A stretch of DNA of 64,000 nucleotides from Halieaceae bacterium (GCA_016744355.1 JADGEN010000003.1:6385-70384), one strand, 5' to 3'; shown: positions 19,021 to 29,009, numbered from the stretch's first letter. A program made the numbers and translations. Notes: a model not told the origin generated them from the letters alone.

Positions 19021-21441
19021 ATGCCACCGCGTGGAAAAAAAGCACGAGTGCCGATACGGGTAGCCGTGGTTTCAATCTTTGCAGTAGCTTCTGCGTTAAC
19101 CGCTATTCTGGCAATTAGCCTCCAGTATCACTTTGGTCACACATTGGCCACAGAGGCCGCAAGCGAGTTGTATACCAGAACAGCCACCGGCGCCGCCGAG
19201 GAATTGCACAGTGTTGGCGTGCAAACGCGCAATATGGCGGAGCTGTTGGTGGAGTATCCGGAGATTTCCGGTGGCGCCAGTAAGGACGCCAAGATACGAA
19301 CATTTACCACCGTCCTGCGTCAAAACCCACTATTTTATGGGGTTCATCTGGGTAGGGCGGATGGCACATTCTTTCAGATCGTCAACCTGAAAGACAGAAA
19401 AGCTATACGCAAAGAGCTGTGGGCGATTCCCGAGGATCGCTGGGTTGTTGTCACGGTGGGAGGCGAGTTGGCTCATGGCTTGAGACGCTATGACTACCTT
19501 GATGAGAGTCTCGTATTACGATCCTCCAGAACCGAAGAAGCCCTCTTCGACGTAACAAGTCGGCCCTGGTACATCTCGGCATTGAACTCAGATAATGTGG
19601 AGACCACGGATATTTATGCATATTCCAAGGGTAAAGCGCTTGGTCAAACAATCTCAAAACGGGTGCCCGGGACGAATCTGGTTCTCGGCATCGACATGAC
19701 GCTATCCAGCATCTCCGGCTATTTGCATAGTCAATTATCAAATAGTAGAGGAGAGTCCTATATTTACCGCGAAAATAATCAGGTACTAGCCGACAGCGGA
19801 CAGTCCCATCGCTATAAGCACGAAGGGGATGGTAGCGTGAATGGGTCTTTTGCTACCGTCCCCAATCATGTATTGCTCGAGATGGCCGCGGACAAAACCC
19901 GCCAGGGGGAAATGCTCCCGGTGATGCACGCAGGCCAACCCTATTTTGCCTACGTGACACCTTTGGCTGCTCGTGAGAATAAACAAAATTTCTTTGGTAT
20001 TTTAGTCCCGGCCGATGAAGTGACAGGGCGGTTTATGGGCAGGGTCTGGCTGTCTATAAAGATTACCGCTGGATTCTTGATGCTATTAATGCCTTTGTCC
20101 TGGTTTTTTGCTTCTTTTATCGTACGCCCAATCAGAAAGCTGGCTGACGAGAATGACAAAATTCGTTTACGAAACTATGGCGCCGTGGAACGGGTAGAAA
20201 CCTGGGTGACGGAGATCGATGAATTATCGGAATCCCTGGTCAGTATGGTTATAGCTATCCAGGCGTATGAATTGCAGCAGCGCACACTAATGGATTCGTT
20301 TATTAAGCTTATTGCGCAGGCTATTGATGACAAATCCCATTATACAGGCGGGCATTGTGCCCGGGTTCCCGAGTTGGCATTTATGCTGGCAGAACAGGCC
20401 TCCAGTAGTAAGGTTGAAGCATTCAATGAATTTCGCCTCAGTACGGAAGACGAGTGGCGCGAATATCGAATTGCGGCATGGCTACACGACTGTGGAAAAA
20501 TCACCACCCCCGAGCACATCGTGGACAAGGGCAGCAAGCTGGAGGCAATCTACAATCGTATTCACGAAGTCAGGATGCGTTTTGAGGTGCTATTGCGCGA
20601 TGCACAAATTGACTATCTGCAGAAATTATTCGAGCGTCCGGAGCAGAAGGAGAGTTTGTCAGAAACGTTTGAAACACAACGGGTACAGCTAATCGAGGAT
20701 TTCTCTTTCGTTGCCGAGTGCAATATAGGTGGCGAGTTTCTGGATGAAAAAAAGTTGGCCCGACTGCGCAAACTGTCTGAAATAACCTGGCAGCGAAACT
20801 TTGATGACAGTCTGGGTTTGTCCCCGGTGGAGGAATTGCGATCGACGGATGTCAGCAAGAACCTGCCCGTCGCAGAGGCTCTCCTGAGCGATAAGCCTGA
20901 GCATATTATCGAGCGGACCCATTCTACAGATTATGCGCCAGAGTTAGGCATCGATATGGACGTGCCTGAACACTTATATAACCTTGGCGAAATTTATAAT
21001 CTGTCTATTTCCAGGGGAACCTTGACGGCAGAAGATCGATTTAAAATCAATGAGCATATGATCAGCACCATCAAAATGCTGGAGGGGCTACCATTCCCCG
21101 ATGAATTGAAAAACGTTCCCCGTTACGCCTCAACTCACCACGAGACAATGAAAGGTTCGGGTTACCCGCGCAAGCTCGCAGGCGATCAGTTAAGTATTCC
21201 CGAGCGTATTTTGGCGGTAGCCGATGTGTTTGAGGCATTGACCGCTGCCGATCGCCCTTATAAAAAGGCAAAACCGGTGAGCGTCGCGATCGATATATTG
21301 TACCAAATGGTGTTGGATCAGCATCTAGACAAAGATTGCTTCGAGCTGTTTATTCGCAGCAAGGTCTACCTGAGATACGCTGAACAATACCTGCAAGACG
21401 AGCAAATAGATGAGGTTGATGAAAACAAATACCTGGCTTAG
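19021..21441 (+). CDS. membrane sensor protein with HD-GYP domain (putative c-di-GMP phosphodiesterase)
   Basis: TM1 (VAVVSIFAVASALTAILAI), a ~300-aa periplasmic Cache-like region, TM2 plus a HAMP-like linker, then HD (AAWLHDCGKITTP) and HHETMKGSGYP. AAGGAG lies 9 nt upstream of the ATG. Confidence 0.85.
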   Translation: MPPRGKKARVPIRVAVVSIFAVASALTAILAISLQYHFGHTLATEAASELYTRTATGAAEELHSVGVQTRNMAELLVEYPEISGGASKDAKIRTFTTVLRQNPLFYGVHLGRADGTFFQIVNLKDRKAIRKELWAIPEDRWVVVTVGGELAHGLRRYDYLDESLVLRSSRTEEALFDVTSRPWYISALNSDNVETTDIYAYSKGKALGQTISKRVPGTNLVLGIDMTLSSISGYLHSQLSNSRGESYIYRENNQVLADSGQSHRYKHEGDGSVNGSFATVPNHVLLEMAADKTRQGEMLPVMHAGQPYFAYVTPLAARENKQNFFGILVPADEVTGRFMGRVWLSIKITAGFLMLLMPLSWFFASFIVRPIRKLADENDKIRLRNYGAVERVETWVTEIDELSESLVSMVIAIQAYELQQRTLMDSFIKLIAQAIDDKSHYTGGHCARVPELAFMLAEQASSSKVEAFNEFRLSTEDEWREYRIAAWLHDCGKITTPEHIVDKGSKLEAIYNRIHEVRMRFEVLLRDAQIDYLQKLFERPEQKESLSETFETQRVQLIEDFSFVAECNIGGEFLDEKKLARLRKLSEITWQRNFDDSLGLSPVEELRSTDVSKNLPVAEALLSDKPEHIIERTHSTDYAPELGIDMDVPEHLYNLGEIYNLSISRGTLTAEDRFKINEHMISTIKMLEGLPFPDELKNVPRYASTHHETMKGSGYPRKLAGDQLSIPERILAVADVFEALTAADRPYKKAKPVSVAIDILYQMVLDQHLDKDCFELFIRSKVYLRYAEQYLQDEQIDEVDENKYLA

Positions 21442-21450
21442 TGAGTGTCT

Positions 21451-22905
21451 TCATTTTCCGCCGCTGCTTTTGCGTGTTTGCCGCGCTACCCACCAGGCCA
21501 GTATTTTATCAGCTAATTTACCGCTGCCACTTGAGCCGCCCTCTGCGGCCATGTCTAGCTCGCCACCGCCGGCGCGGTACTGTTCTGAGTACATCTCAAG
21601 CACCTTCTTTTTTACCATGCCACGCAATGGCACGTGTGCCAACATGCCATAAGTGGCCGCGCCACCTTGCTCTCCTAACTCCGGATTTGCCTTAACCGTA
21701 TTTACGGCGGTTTGCAGATCAATAATGTACTGATCTACCACCTTAAGATGCTGTGCGGTTACCATGGCATGTAAGCCGGAGGGAAATTGATTGCGGTTGA
21801 CCTGCCAGCCCATTGCATCCATCTGGTCTCCCACCGCATAGATGTTCAAGTCAGGGCTAATAGACTTGTAGGCAAACAAAGGTCCTTTGGGGTCTCCCAT
21901 TATCTCCAGTTCAGGGATGGCCCTCACCCCGGCTTTCAACGTATTAACCGCCTCCAAGGTATCTTTGGCTAATTTTTGGTAGCCCGCCTTGCCAAAATAT
22001 TGCAACACCGCCCAGGCCGCGGCGTAGGCTCCACCCGGACGAGTGCCCAGTAAAGCAGAAGAGGCAAACACACCACCGGGCCAGTCTTGATTGACGAACA
22101 TTTGGTAGCGTAGGTAATCGAGGTTTCTGTAGGTGAGTGTGGAGGCGCCTTTAGCGGCATAGCCATATTTGTGGATGTCTGCAGAAATGGATGTGACACC
22201 CGGCACCCGGTAGTCCCACAGGGGTATGTCCTCACCGTTCATTTCCATGAACGGAAGAATGAATCCACCCACGCAGGCATCTACATGTAGCGGGATTTTT
22301 CGCTTCTGGGCAATCTCACCCATTTCGGCAATCGGGTCAATCGTGCCGTGTGGGTACTCCGGCGCGCTTCCCAATATCATTACCGTATTGCGATTGACCA
22401 TTTTTTTCAGCTTTTTCATATTCGGCGTCAAATCATCCAGCAGTGGAACCAGGCGAATCTTCACTCCAAAATATTCAGAGGCTTTAAACCAGGCAACATG
22501 CGCAGACTCTGGGATTACCATTTCCGGGGACGTTACCCCCCGGGTTTCTTTTGCCATATCGCGGTAGGTTTTAACCGCCATCAAACAACTCTCGGTTCCA
22601 CCGGAAGTGACAACACCGCACACTTCTTCGGTGCCATTGAGAATGTCTGCTGTTGCACTTATGACGTCTGTTTCAAACTTTTTGAGACTCTTGAACGCAG
22701 TCGGGTTCAATCCATTTTCACAGGCGAATTTGTGATAAGAGTCTTTAATAAACGCAGAGTGGTCTTCGTCTAAATAGTAAACAAGGCTCCATACACGACC
22801 GTCTTTATAGTTGGGGTCATGCTCTTTGAAATTATCCAGTTGCTGCAAGATTTCATTACTGTCCTGACCGGTATCCGGCATTGGCTTGTGTATATTGTTG
22901 GTCAT
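21451..22905 (-). CDS. PLP-dependent group II decarboxylase-fold enzyme, sphingosine-1-phosphate-lyase-like
   Basis: Motifs: TSGGTESCLMA, HVDACVGGFILPF, and the PLP-lysine region SADIHKYGYAAKGAS. No N-terminal TM helix. It has a Gly/Ser-rich C-terminal tail. Confidence 0.8.
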   Translation of the reverse strand: MTNNIHKPMPDTGQDSNEILQQLDNFKEHDPNYKDGRVWSLVYYLDEDHSAFIKDSYHKFACENGLNPTAFKSLKKFETDVISATADILNGTEEVCGVVTSGGTESCLMAVKTYRDMAKETRGVTSPEMVIPESAHVAWFKASEYFGVKIRLVPLLDDLTPNMKKLKKMVNRNTVMILGSAPEYPHGTIDPIAEMGEIAQKRKIPLHVDACVGGFILPFMEMNGEDIPLWDYRVPGVTSISADIHKYGYAAKGASTLTYRNLDYLRYQMFVNQDWPGGVFASSALLGTRPGGAYAAAWAVLQYFGKAGYQKLAKDTLEAVNTLKAGVRAIPELEIMGDPKGPLFAYKSISPDLNIYAVGDQMDAMGWQVNRNQFPSGLHAMVTAQHLKVVDQYIIDLQTAVNTVKANPELGEQGGAATYGMLAHVPLRGMVKKKVLEMYSEQYRAGGGELDMAAEGGSSGSGKLADKILAWWVARQTRKSSGGK

Positions 22906-22914
22906 GTCTTACCC

Positions 22915-24069
22915 TCAACTCTGTAAAAATAGTGCCAGGCTAATACCCAGATAATTGCCCAAGGCATAGCCGATAATGCCGGTTGTCATGCCTGACAGTA
23001 ACAGACCCGGATTGCCCAGAGACTTTACCAGCAGTGGTACAAACGGGGGGCTGCAAATAGCCGATATGGAAGTTACCATAAAAGTGTCGCTATCAACGCC
23101 CGCCAGTTTGCACAGCAGTGCATGCAACACCAGGCTTCCTGCAATGGTGCCAAACACGAATACAGTTATATTAAAGCCTACGCTAGTCAGTTGATCCAGA
23201 TTGGCCATGGACGCAACCGAAAAACAGAATACATAGATAAAATACATTCCCGTTTTGTAAGACAGGGCAAGTTGTCGTACCCGTGGTGAAAATGATAAGC
23301 CCATACCTATCGTGGTCAACAACACGATGGTGAGTGCCGATGTGGATTCCAATGAAAGTATTATTTGAGCCAGCGCCGACAATCCTAAAGAGGTGCCTAA
23401 CACCAATCCGCTCAGCAATATTATTTTTACTAGCTGCGGCATACTCTCTTTGCGAAACAAAGGGCTGTAATCTTCTTCATCAAATGCGCTGTGAGAGCCA
23501 TCTTCCAGTACATCCGACACTTCGGGCTTTCCGAGAATAAACCGAAAGAAGGGAATGCCAGCGGTCAGCATAAACAAGATATAGATACCACCCAGGGCCG
23601 TATCAAGAGAATGGAACATAATGTACTGTTCATGTGGAATCTCCAATGCCGATTTAATGGCAGCGAGGTTGGGCGTGCCTCCCGTATACAAACCCACCGC
23701 CATGGCTGCCATTTGGCTGCTGCTTTCCACGCCATCGCCCCTAAATATATAAAAAAGCACTGTGGCAAGTGTAACAACTGAGGTGGTAGCAAAGAGCATG
23801 GAAATAATTGCAGTGCCCGCCATCTTGCTCCAGGACCGAATATCCAGTGTGAATAGCAACATGGGTAAAGCCAGGGCAACAGTTACTTCCGACAGGTACT
23901 GTTGTACACCACTGGCACTTTGGGGAACTAGCCCGAAATTGCCGACTATTAAACCCGCGGTATAACACAGTAGAATCACGCCCATCTTCTGGGCCCAGGC
24001 CTGATGATGAGCCAGATAAAGCAGTGCCGCTGGCGCCACTAGAAAGATCAGCGTGTATATGGCATTCAT
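22915..24069 (-). CDS. DUF819-family polytopic membrane protein
   Basis: About 10 predicted TM helices. The N-terminus (MNAIYTLIFLVAPAALLYLAHH...LLCYTAGLIVGN) resembles DUF819 from memory. The ATG at 24069 follows GGTGGA. The stop is 9 nt before the next gene. Confidence 0.65.
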   Translation of the reverse strand: MNAIYTLIFLVAPAALLYLAHHQAWAQKMGVILLCYTAGLIVGNFGLVPQSASGVQQYLSEVTVALALPMLLFTLDIRSWSKMAGTAIISMLFATTSVVTLATVLFYIFRGDGVESSSQMAAMAVGLYTGGTPNLAAIKSALEIPHEQYIMFHSLDTALGGIYILFMLTAGIPFFRFILGKPEVSDVLEDGSHSAFDEEDYSPLFRKESMPQLVKIILLSGLVLGTSLGLSALAQIILSLESTSALTIVLLTTIGMGLSFSPRVRQLALSYKTGMYFIYVFCFSVASMANLDQLTSVGFNITVFVFGTIAGSLVLHALLCKLAGVDSDTFMVTSISAICSPPFVPLLVKSLGNPGLLLSGMTTGIIGYALGNYLGISLALFLQS

Positions 24070-24131
24070 AATTCCACCCAACTTAAAGCTGGTCTTATTG
24101 TATAAGTTCTTGGAAAGATACCTACTTTTCC

Positions 24132-24719
24132 TTATTTTTCAGTGTATTGATCGCTGTTAATGATGCAGCGCTGATCCTCCAGGAAAACACGCACCTCATC
24201 ATCGAACTTGAATTCGTCTCTGTAAGTATCCATTGCTTCTTTAGCGTATGCACGCAGCCGTTTCCGTTTGCTTGCAGCAACAAATCGTCGAATGTCATCA
24301 TCCTGTTCCAGAATAAGTTTCGGGACGATGGCTTTTTGCTTGTCATCGGACTTGGCTACCATGGTTAAGTAGGACGTGTTGGTGTGCTTGACAGCTCCCG
24401 TGCGGATATTCTCCGCAATAACTTTGATACCCACCACCAGGGACGAAGTGCCGACGTAATTTACCGAAGCTTTTAGCGAAACAAGTTCTCCCACTTCCAC
24501 AGGCTGTAAGAAATTTACCGTGTCGACAGAAACAGTGACACAGTAAGTACCCGCGTGTCTGCTCGCACAGGCATAGGCGGCCTTGTCCATGAGTGACAGT
24601 AAGATGCCTCCATGAATCTTGCCGCCAAAATTGGCGTAGGCCGGGATCATCAGCTCTGTAATTGTGGTCTGGGAATAACTAACAGTGTGGCCTTGCATAA
24701 ATTCCACCTCTTTTGACAT
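24132..24719 (-). CDS. acyl-CoA thioesterase (YciA/BFIT-type hotdog fold) with C-terminal extension
   Basis: The patterns ELMIPAYANFGGKIHGGILLSLMDKAAYACA and VTVSVDTVNFLQPVEVGELV are typical of 4HBT/YciA-like thioesterases. Confidence 0.8.
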   Translation of the reverse strand: MSKEVEFMQGHTVSYSQTTITELMIPAYANFGGKIHGGILLSLMDKAAYACASRHAGTYCVTVSVDTVNFLQPVEVGELVSLKASVNYVGTSSLVVGIKVIAENIRTGAVKHTNTSYLTMVAKSDDKQKAIVPKLILEQDDDIRRFVAASKRKRLRAYAKEAMDTYRDEFKFDDEVRVFLEDQRCIINSDQYTEK

Positions 24720-24923
24720 CGTGGTTGGGCTTCAGACTTTCAGGACAATATCATAGTCGAGTGTCACTGTACCGGTGGCTGCCGTGTTCTCAGAAATTCA
24801 CCGGGAAAAATTCCATTGCTTTCCGGGCCTTCAGAGGGGGTCATAAGGAACTCATCACCTAGTGACAACTCATTGGTTTCATGCAAAGATCGCCCCCATT
24901 GAAAATCGCTGCACGGAAGTATT

Positions 24924-26213
24924 GTGACCTATAGAATTTATTTGAGAGGGATGCTAATTGTACTGGCCCTGTTCGCCGCTGGCACGCGAGCCAGCAGTGA
25001 AAACTACGATTACCCCATCGAAGACCGCTACGCCGCCACGGTAGTCGGTACCCCCGCCGAATACCAGGCCGTATTGCCCAAGACCATTCCCTTCCAAAAG
25101 AGATGGATCAAGATCTTCCCGGAGCGAGAACTACCTGAGGTTGTTTGGTACGGCGGAAGGCTGCTGTACTCCCAGGCTTTGCAGAAAAACAGCGCACCGC
25201 TGATTTTTCTCATCGCAGGCACCGGAGCATCCCACAAGGGTGCCAAAAATTACGACATGGCGAGGGCCTTTTACCAAGCGGGTTTTCACGTGGTGTCCCT
25301 GTCATCTCCCACCTACCCGAACTTTGTGACAGCAGCTTCCAAAACCGGCGTAGTGGGGCACGCTGAGAAAGATGCAGAGGATCTGTATCGCGTTATGGAA
25401 ATGATCTGGGCGACGCTGGATGACAAAATCGACGTGAGCTCTTTCAATCTAACGGGTTACAGCCTGGGCGGTTTCAATGCCGGCTACGTGGCAAAGCTGG
25501 ATGAAGAACGCGGCGTGTTCAATTTTGCGCGGGTGTTGATGATCAACCCACCGGTATCGCTGTACAACTCGATCTCACTGCTGGACCGTATGATTGAGAA
25601 TATCCCCGGTGGTGTAGATAATTTCGACAGGTTTGTCGATGATTTGATGGTAGGTGTTGCCGAGATTTATAAGGAGTCCGCCGACGACCTGGGAGAAGAC
25701 TTCCTTCTTAAGGCTTCCGAAACACTGGATCTGAAAAATGAAGAACTGGCGGCATTGATTGGAACTTCTTTTCGAATCTCCTCGGCATCACTGGTATTTA
25801 CTTCGGACGTCATGGCAGATTTTGGCTATATCAAACCTCGGGGGCTGCCGCTGGATCGTCACGCCGACCTGACCATTTACGCCGAAGTAGCTAACCGCCT
25901 CGGCTTTACCGACTACTACCACAAGTTTTTTTATCCCTATTACCGCGACGAATACCCGGATCAGGACAGGGATGAGTTTATCTCTTCGATCAGCTTACGG
26001 AAGATCACCGATTACCTGCAAGGCTCCTCCAAGATACAGGTTCTACATAATGAGGACGACATAATCCTGGAACCTGGAGAAATCGATTTTTTCCGTGAAA
26101 CTTTCGGCGACCGAGCTACTATATACCCGCGCGGCGGTCACTGCGGCAACATAAACCACAGGGATAATGTCGCCGCCATGGTGGCAGCTTTTACTGAAGG
26201 AGTGACTCGCTAA
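24924..26213 (+). CDS. secreted alpha/beta-fold serine hydrolase (lipase/esterase-like)
   Basis: GTG start and a signal peptide. The nucleophile elbow is GYSLGG, with candidate Asp (HNEDDII) and His (GGHCGN) triad residues. The stop overlaps the next start as TAATG. Confidence 0.7.
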   Translation: MTYRIYLRGMLIVLALFAAGTRASSENYDYPIEDRYAATVVGTPAEYQAVLPKTIPFQKRWIKIFPERELPEVVWYGGRLLYSQALQKNSAPLIFLIAGTGASHKGAKNYDMARAFYQAGFHVVSLSSPTYPNFVTAASKTGVVGHAEKDAEDLYRVMEMIWATLDDKIDVSSFNLTGYSLGGFNAGYVAKLDEERGVFNFARVLMINPPVSLYNSISLLDRMIENIPGGVDNFDRFVDDLMVGVAEIYKESADDLGEDFLLKASETLDLKNEELAALIGTSFRISSASLVFTSDVMADFGYIKPRGLPLDRHADLTIYAEVANRLGFTDYYHKFFYPYYRDEYPDQDRDEFISSISLRKITDYLQGSSKIQVLHNEDDIILEPGEIDFFRETFGDRATIYPRGGHCGNINHRDNVAAMVAAFTEGVTR

Positions 26214-26971
26214 TGGGGCGCTCTTTCATTCTGACTTTCTTGACCACACTCGTGCTATTGGCAGGCTTCAGCAGCAGTACCCAGGCTCAACCACAAGCGC
26301 AACAAGATCAGTATCCCGAGGCAGTTTTCACACCCGGGCGTCTGTTTCCGCCTGACTATGTGACCCCAACTGACGTATATGACCCCTGGCAGCCAATGAA
26401 TACACGCATCTACAATTTTAACTACCATTTTGACCAGAAGGTCTTCCTGCCTGTTATTCGTGGCTATGAAGCGGTATTGCCCCAGTTTGCCAGGACTGGT
26501 GTGCATAACTTTTTCAATAACTTCCGCGATGCAGTGACTATGTTCAACTCTGTGTTACAGGTAAGCCCCACTAAATTCTTTCAAAGCACCGGCAGGGTTT
26601 TGACCAATTCCACCATAGGCGTGTTTGGCCTCTTCGATGTGGCGACTATTATGGAGATACCGCGACCGGAAGAGGACTTCGGTCAGACGCTGGGATACTG
26701 GGGAGTGCCACAAGGGCCCTACCTGGTAATACCGTTCCTGGGTCCGTCAAACCTGCGGGATGGGGTTGGTCTTGTGCCTGACCTCTATGTGCAGAGTTTT
26801 GTTCAGGGTGAGGCGCTGGAACGAACCCTGCGTAAAGTTGTGTTTCTGTTTAACGCCGTTGATACACGCAATGAGACAGCTTTTCGGTACTATGAAAATG
26901 GCTCTGCGTTTGAATATGAAATGGTGCGCTATATGTGGTCCACAAAGCGCGACCTGGATATCCTGAAATGA
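26213..26971 (+). CDS. mlaA: MlaA/VacJ-family outer-membrane lipoprotein
   Basis: The patterns DPWQPMNTRIYNFNYHFDQKVFLPVIRGYEAVLPQFARTGVHNFFNNF and GPYLVIPFLGPSNLRDG are characteristic of MlaA. Confidence 0.85.
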   Translation: MGRSFILTFLTTLVLLAGFSSSTQAQPQAQQDQYPEAVFTPGRLFPPDYVTPTDVYDPWQPMNTRIYNFNYHFDQKVFLPVIRGYEAVLPQFARTGVHNFFNNFRDAVTMFNSVLQVSPTKFFQSTGRVLTNSTIGVFGLFDVATIMEIPRPEEDFGQTLGYWGVPQGPYLVIPFLGPSNLRDGVGLVPDLYVQSFVQGEALERTLRKVVFLFNAVDTRNETAFRYYENGSAFEYEMVRYMWSTKRDLDILK

Positions 26972-28146
26972 GTAGATCAATAAATTCCCTGCGCATACTT
27001 CTATGGCAGCTGACAATACTTGCAGGCTTTTCGCTGTTGTGGGCCACAAAATCCCAATCTGCGGAGCCGATTAGAATTGGCACCACACAGTCCCTGTCCG
27101 GGCACTATGAAGAGTTTGGTCTCGAGCAGTTTCGCGGCCTGCAAATGTGGGCTTCCGACGTCAATGGCAGGGGGGCGCTTTTGGGGCGGCCCGTCGAACT
27201 CCTACATTATGATGATCGCTCCCGGGACGCGGGTAGCATAGAAGGTTACCGGCAATTGATCGAGAAGGATGGCGTTGACCTGTTGATTGGGCCTTATTCC
27301 TCTTCACTGACTCTCGAAGCTAGCCTGGTGGCAGAGGAACACAATATACCGATGATCGCTACTGCAGCATCTTCCGAGAAAATCTGGAGCAGGGGACTGA
27401 AAAATATCTTTGGCATCGACACGCCCACGGGTAGCTATGTCAGTGGCCTGAATGTTGCGGCTGAAACCGGGGCAAAAACGATTTCGCTGGTGTATGCCAA
27501 CACGGAATTTCCGGTAGAAGTCGCTCGCAGCGTGCGCGATCATGCCTCAGACCTTGGACTGGAAATCGTAATGGACCAGCGCTACGAGCCGGAAGAACGT
27601 AACTTCACTGAGCTTGTGAAACAGCTGGTCGTCGCGGATGCGGATATTGTTATGGGAGCCACCTACCTCGAAGACTCGGTGGCCATGGTAAAAGAAATCA
27701 GGCGGCAAAAGCTCAAACCCAAAATGCTGGTCTTCACTGTCGGCCCGGCCCTGCAGGAATTTTTTGATGAGCTGGGCAGCGATGCAGAAGGTGTGGTGGG
27801 CATTGTTCAGTGGCTGCGCAGTGTACCGCTGCCCGGGGCAGAAGACTTCGCTTACCGTTATCGCGAACGATATGGCTACAATCCCGGGGTGCACGCTGCA
27901 ATTGGCTACAGCGCAGGCCAGGTGCTTGAGGCTGCTGTACGTCTTGCCGGGAGCACTGAACACGACGCAGTGCGCGAACAACTTGGCTCAATGTTCTTTC
28001 GCTCGCTACTGGGCAAGTACCACGTGGATGAGACTGGCAGGCAAATAGGCCATCAAAATTACTTGTTGCAGTGGCAGGATAGCCAGCGCCGCCTGGTGGC
28101 CCCTGCAAATGTTGCCGAGCGCAAACTAATTTATACTACCCCCTAA
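26968..28146 (+). CDS. type-1 periplasmic binding protein (LivK/branched-chain amino-acid SBP-like), no cognate permease nearby
   Basis: Signal peptide, then IRIGTTQSLSGHYEEFG...GRPVELLHYDDRS...LLIGPYSS (Peripla_BP_6-like). The ATG at 26968 overlaps the mlaA stop as ATGA. Confidence 0.8.
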   Translation: MSRSINSLRILLWQLTILAGFSLLWATKSQSAEPIRIGTTQSLSGHYEEFGLEQFRGLQMWASDVNGRGALLGRPVELLHYDDRSRDAGSIEGYRQLIEKDGVDLLIGPYSSSLTLEASLVAEEHNIPMIATAASSEKIWSRGLKNIFGIDTPTGSYVSGLNVAAETGAKTISLVYANTEFPVEVARSVRDHASDLGLEIVMDQRYEPEERNFTELVKQLVVADADIVMGATYLEDSVAMVKEIRRQKLKPKMLVFTVGPALQEFFDELGSDAEGVVGIVQWLRSVPLPGAEDFAYRYRERYGYNPGVHAAIGYSAGQVLEAAVRLAGSTEHDAVREQLGSMFFRSLLGKYHVDETGRQIGHQNYLLQWQDSQRRLVAPANVAERKLIYTTP

Positions 28147-28202
28147 ACGAGGTGGTGCGCGCATCGCTGACCTGAACCCCTGATAAACTCGGAAGCTTAC
28201 CA

Positions 28203-29009
28203 ATGATTATTGATGCATGGGCGCAACATCCAACTCTTAGGCATAGTCAGGATCCTATGTTTGACTCTCTTCGCAGGTGGACAAAAACGGAAGCACCCAG
28301 CGAGGAGCTGCCTGTATCCGCCACTATTGCCATGATGGACCAGGGTGGCGTAAGTATGAGCTTGATCAGTGCCTGGCAGGCGCCCGGAAAGGATTTGATT
28401 AGCAATGATGAGGTAGCCGCTTTTGTGGCAGAGGCCCCGGACCGCCTGATAGGTGTGGGATCTGTCGATATTTCAAATCCCATGCAGGCGGTCCGGGAAA
28501 TTCGACGCTGTATAACGGAGCTGGGGTTCAAAGCCATTCGCGTATTGCCCTGGCTCTGTGAGCTGCCTCCCACAGACAGGCGTTTCTATCCCGTGTATGT
28601 TGCCTGTTGCGAGCTGGGTGTCCCGTTCTGTACACAAATCGGCCATACCGGTCCGCTTATGTCTTCTGAAGTCGGTCGACCGATCTACCTCGACCAGGTA
28701 GCGTTGGATTTTCCCGAACTGAAAATAGTCGGCGGGCATATAGGCTATCCATGGACCGAGGAGGCCATTGCCGTTGCCACCAAACATGAAAATGTCTATA
28801 TAGACACCTCTGCCTACACGGTGCGCCGCTATCCTGTGGAACTTGTTGAATTCATGCGCAGGCATGGTAGGAGTAAGGTCATGTTCGGTACCAACTACCC
28901 TATGATAATGCCTGGCGCAGCCCTGAAGGGCTTAGAGGAACTTGGGCTGGATGAAACTGTGATGGCTGCTTTTTTATATGGCAATGCGCAGAAGGTGTTT
29001 TCTCTGTGA
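28203..29009 (+). CDS. amidohydrolase-2 (ACMSD-like) family metal-dependent hydrolase/decarboxylase
   Basis: 268 aa. The pattern IIDAWAQH...GFKAIRV...PFCTQIGH...VGGHIGYPW...YIDTS...MFGTNYP is typical of PF04909-type TIM-barrel hydrolases. Confidence 0.8.
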   Translation: MIIDAWAQHPTLRHSQDPMFDSLRRWTKTEAPSEELPVSATIAMMDQGGVSMSLISAWQAPGKDLISNDEVAAFVAEAPDRLIGVGSVDISNPMQAVREIRRCITELGFKAIRVLPWLCELPPTDRRFYPVYVACCELGVPFCTQIGHTGPLMSSEVGRPIYLDQVALDFPELKIVGGHIGYPWTEEAIAVATKHENVYIDTSAYTVRRYPVELVEFMRRHGRSKVMFGTNYPMIMPGAALKGLEELGLDETVMAAFLYGNAQKVFSL

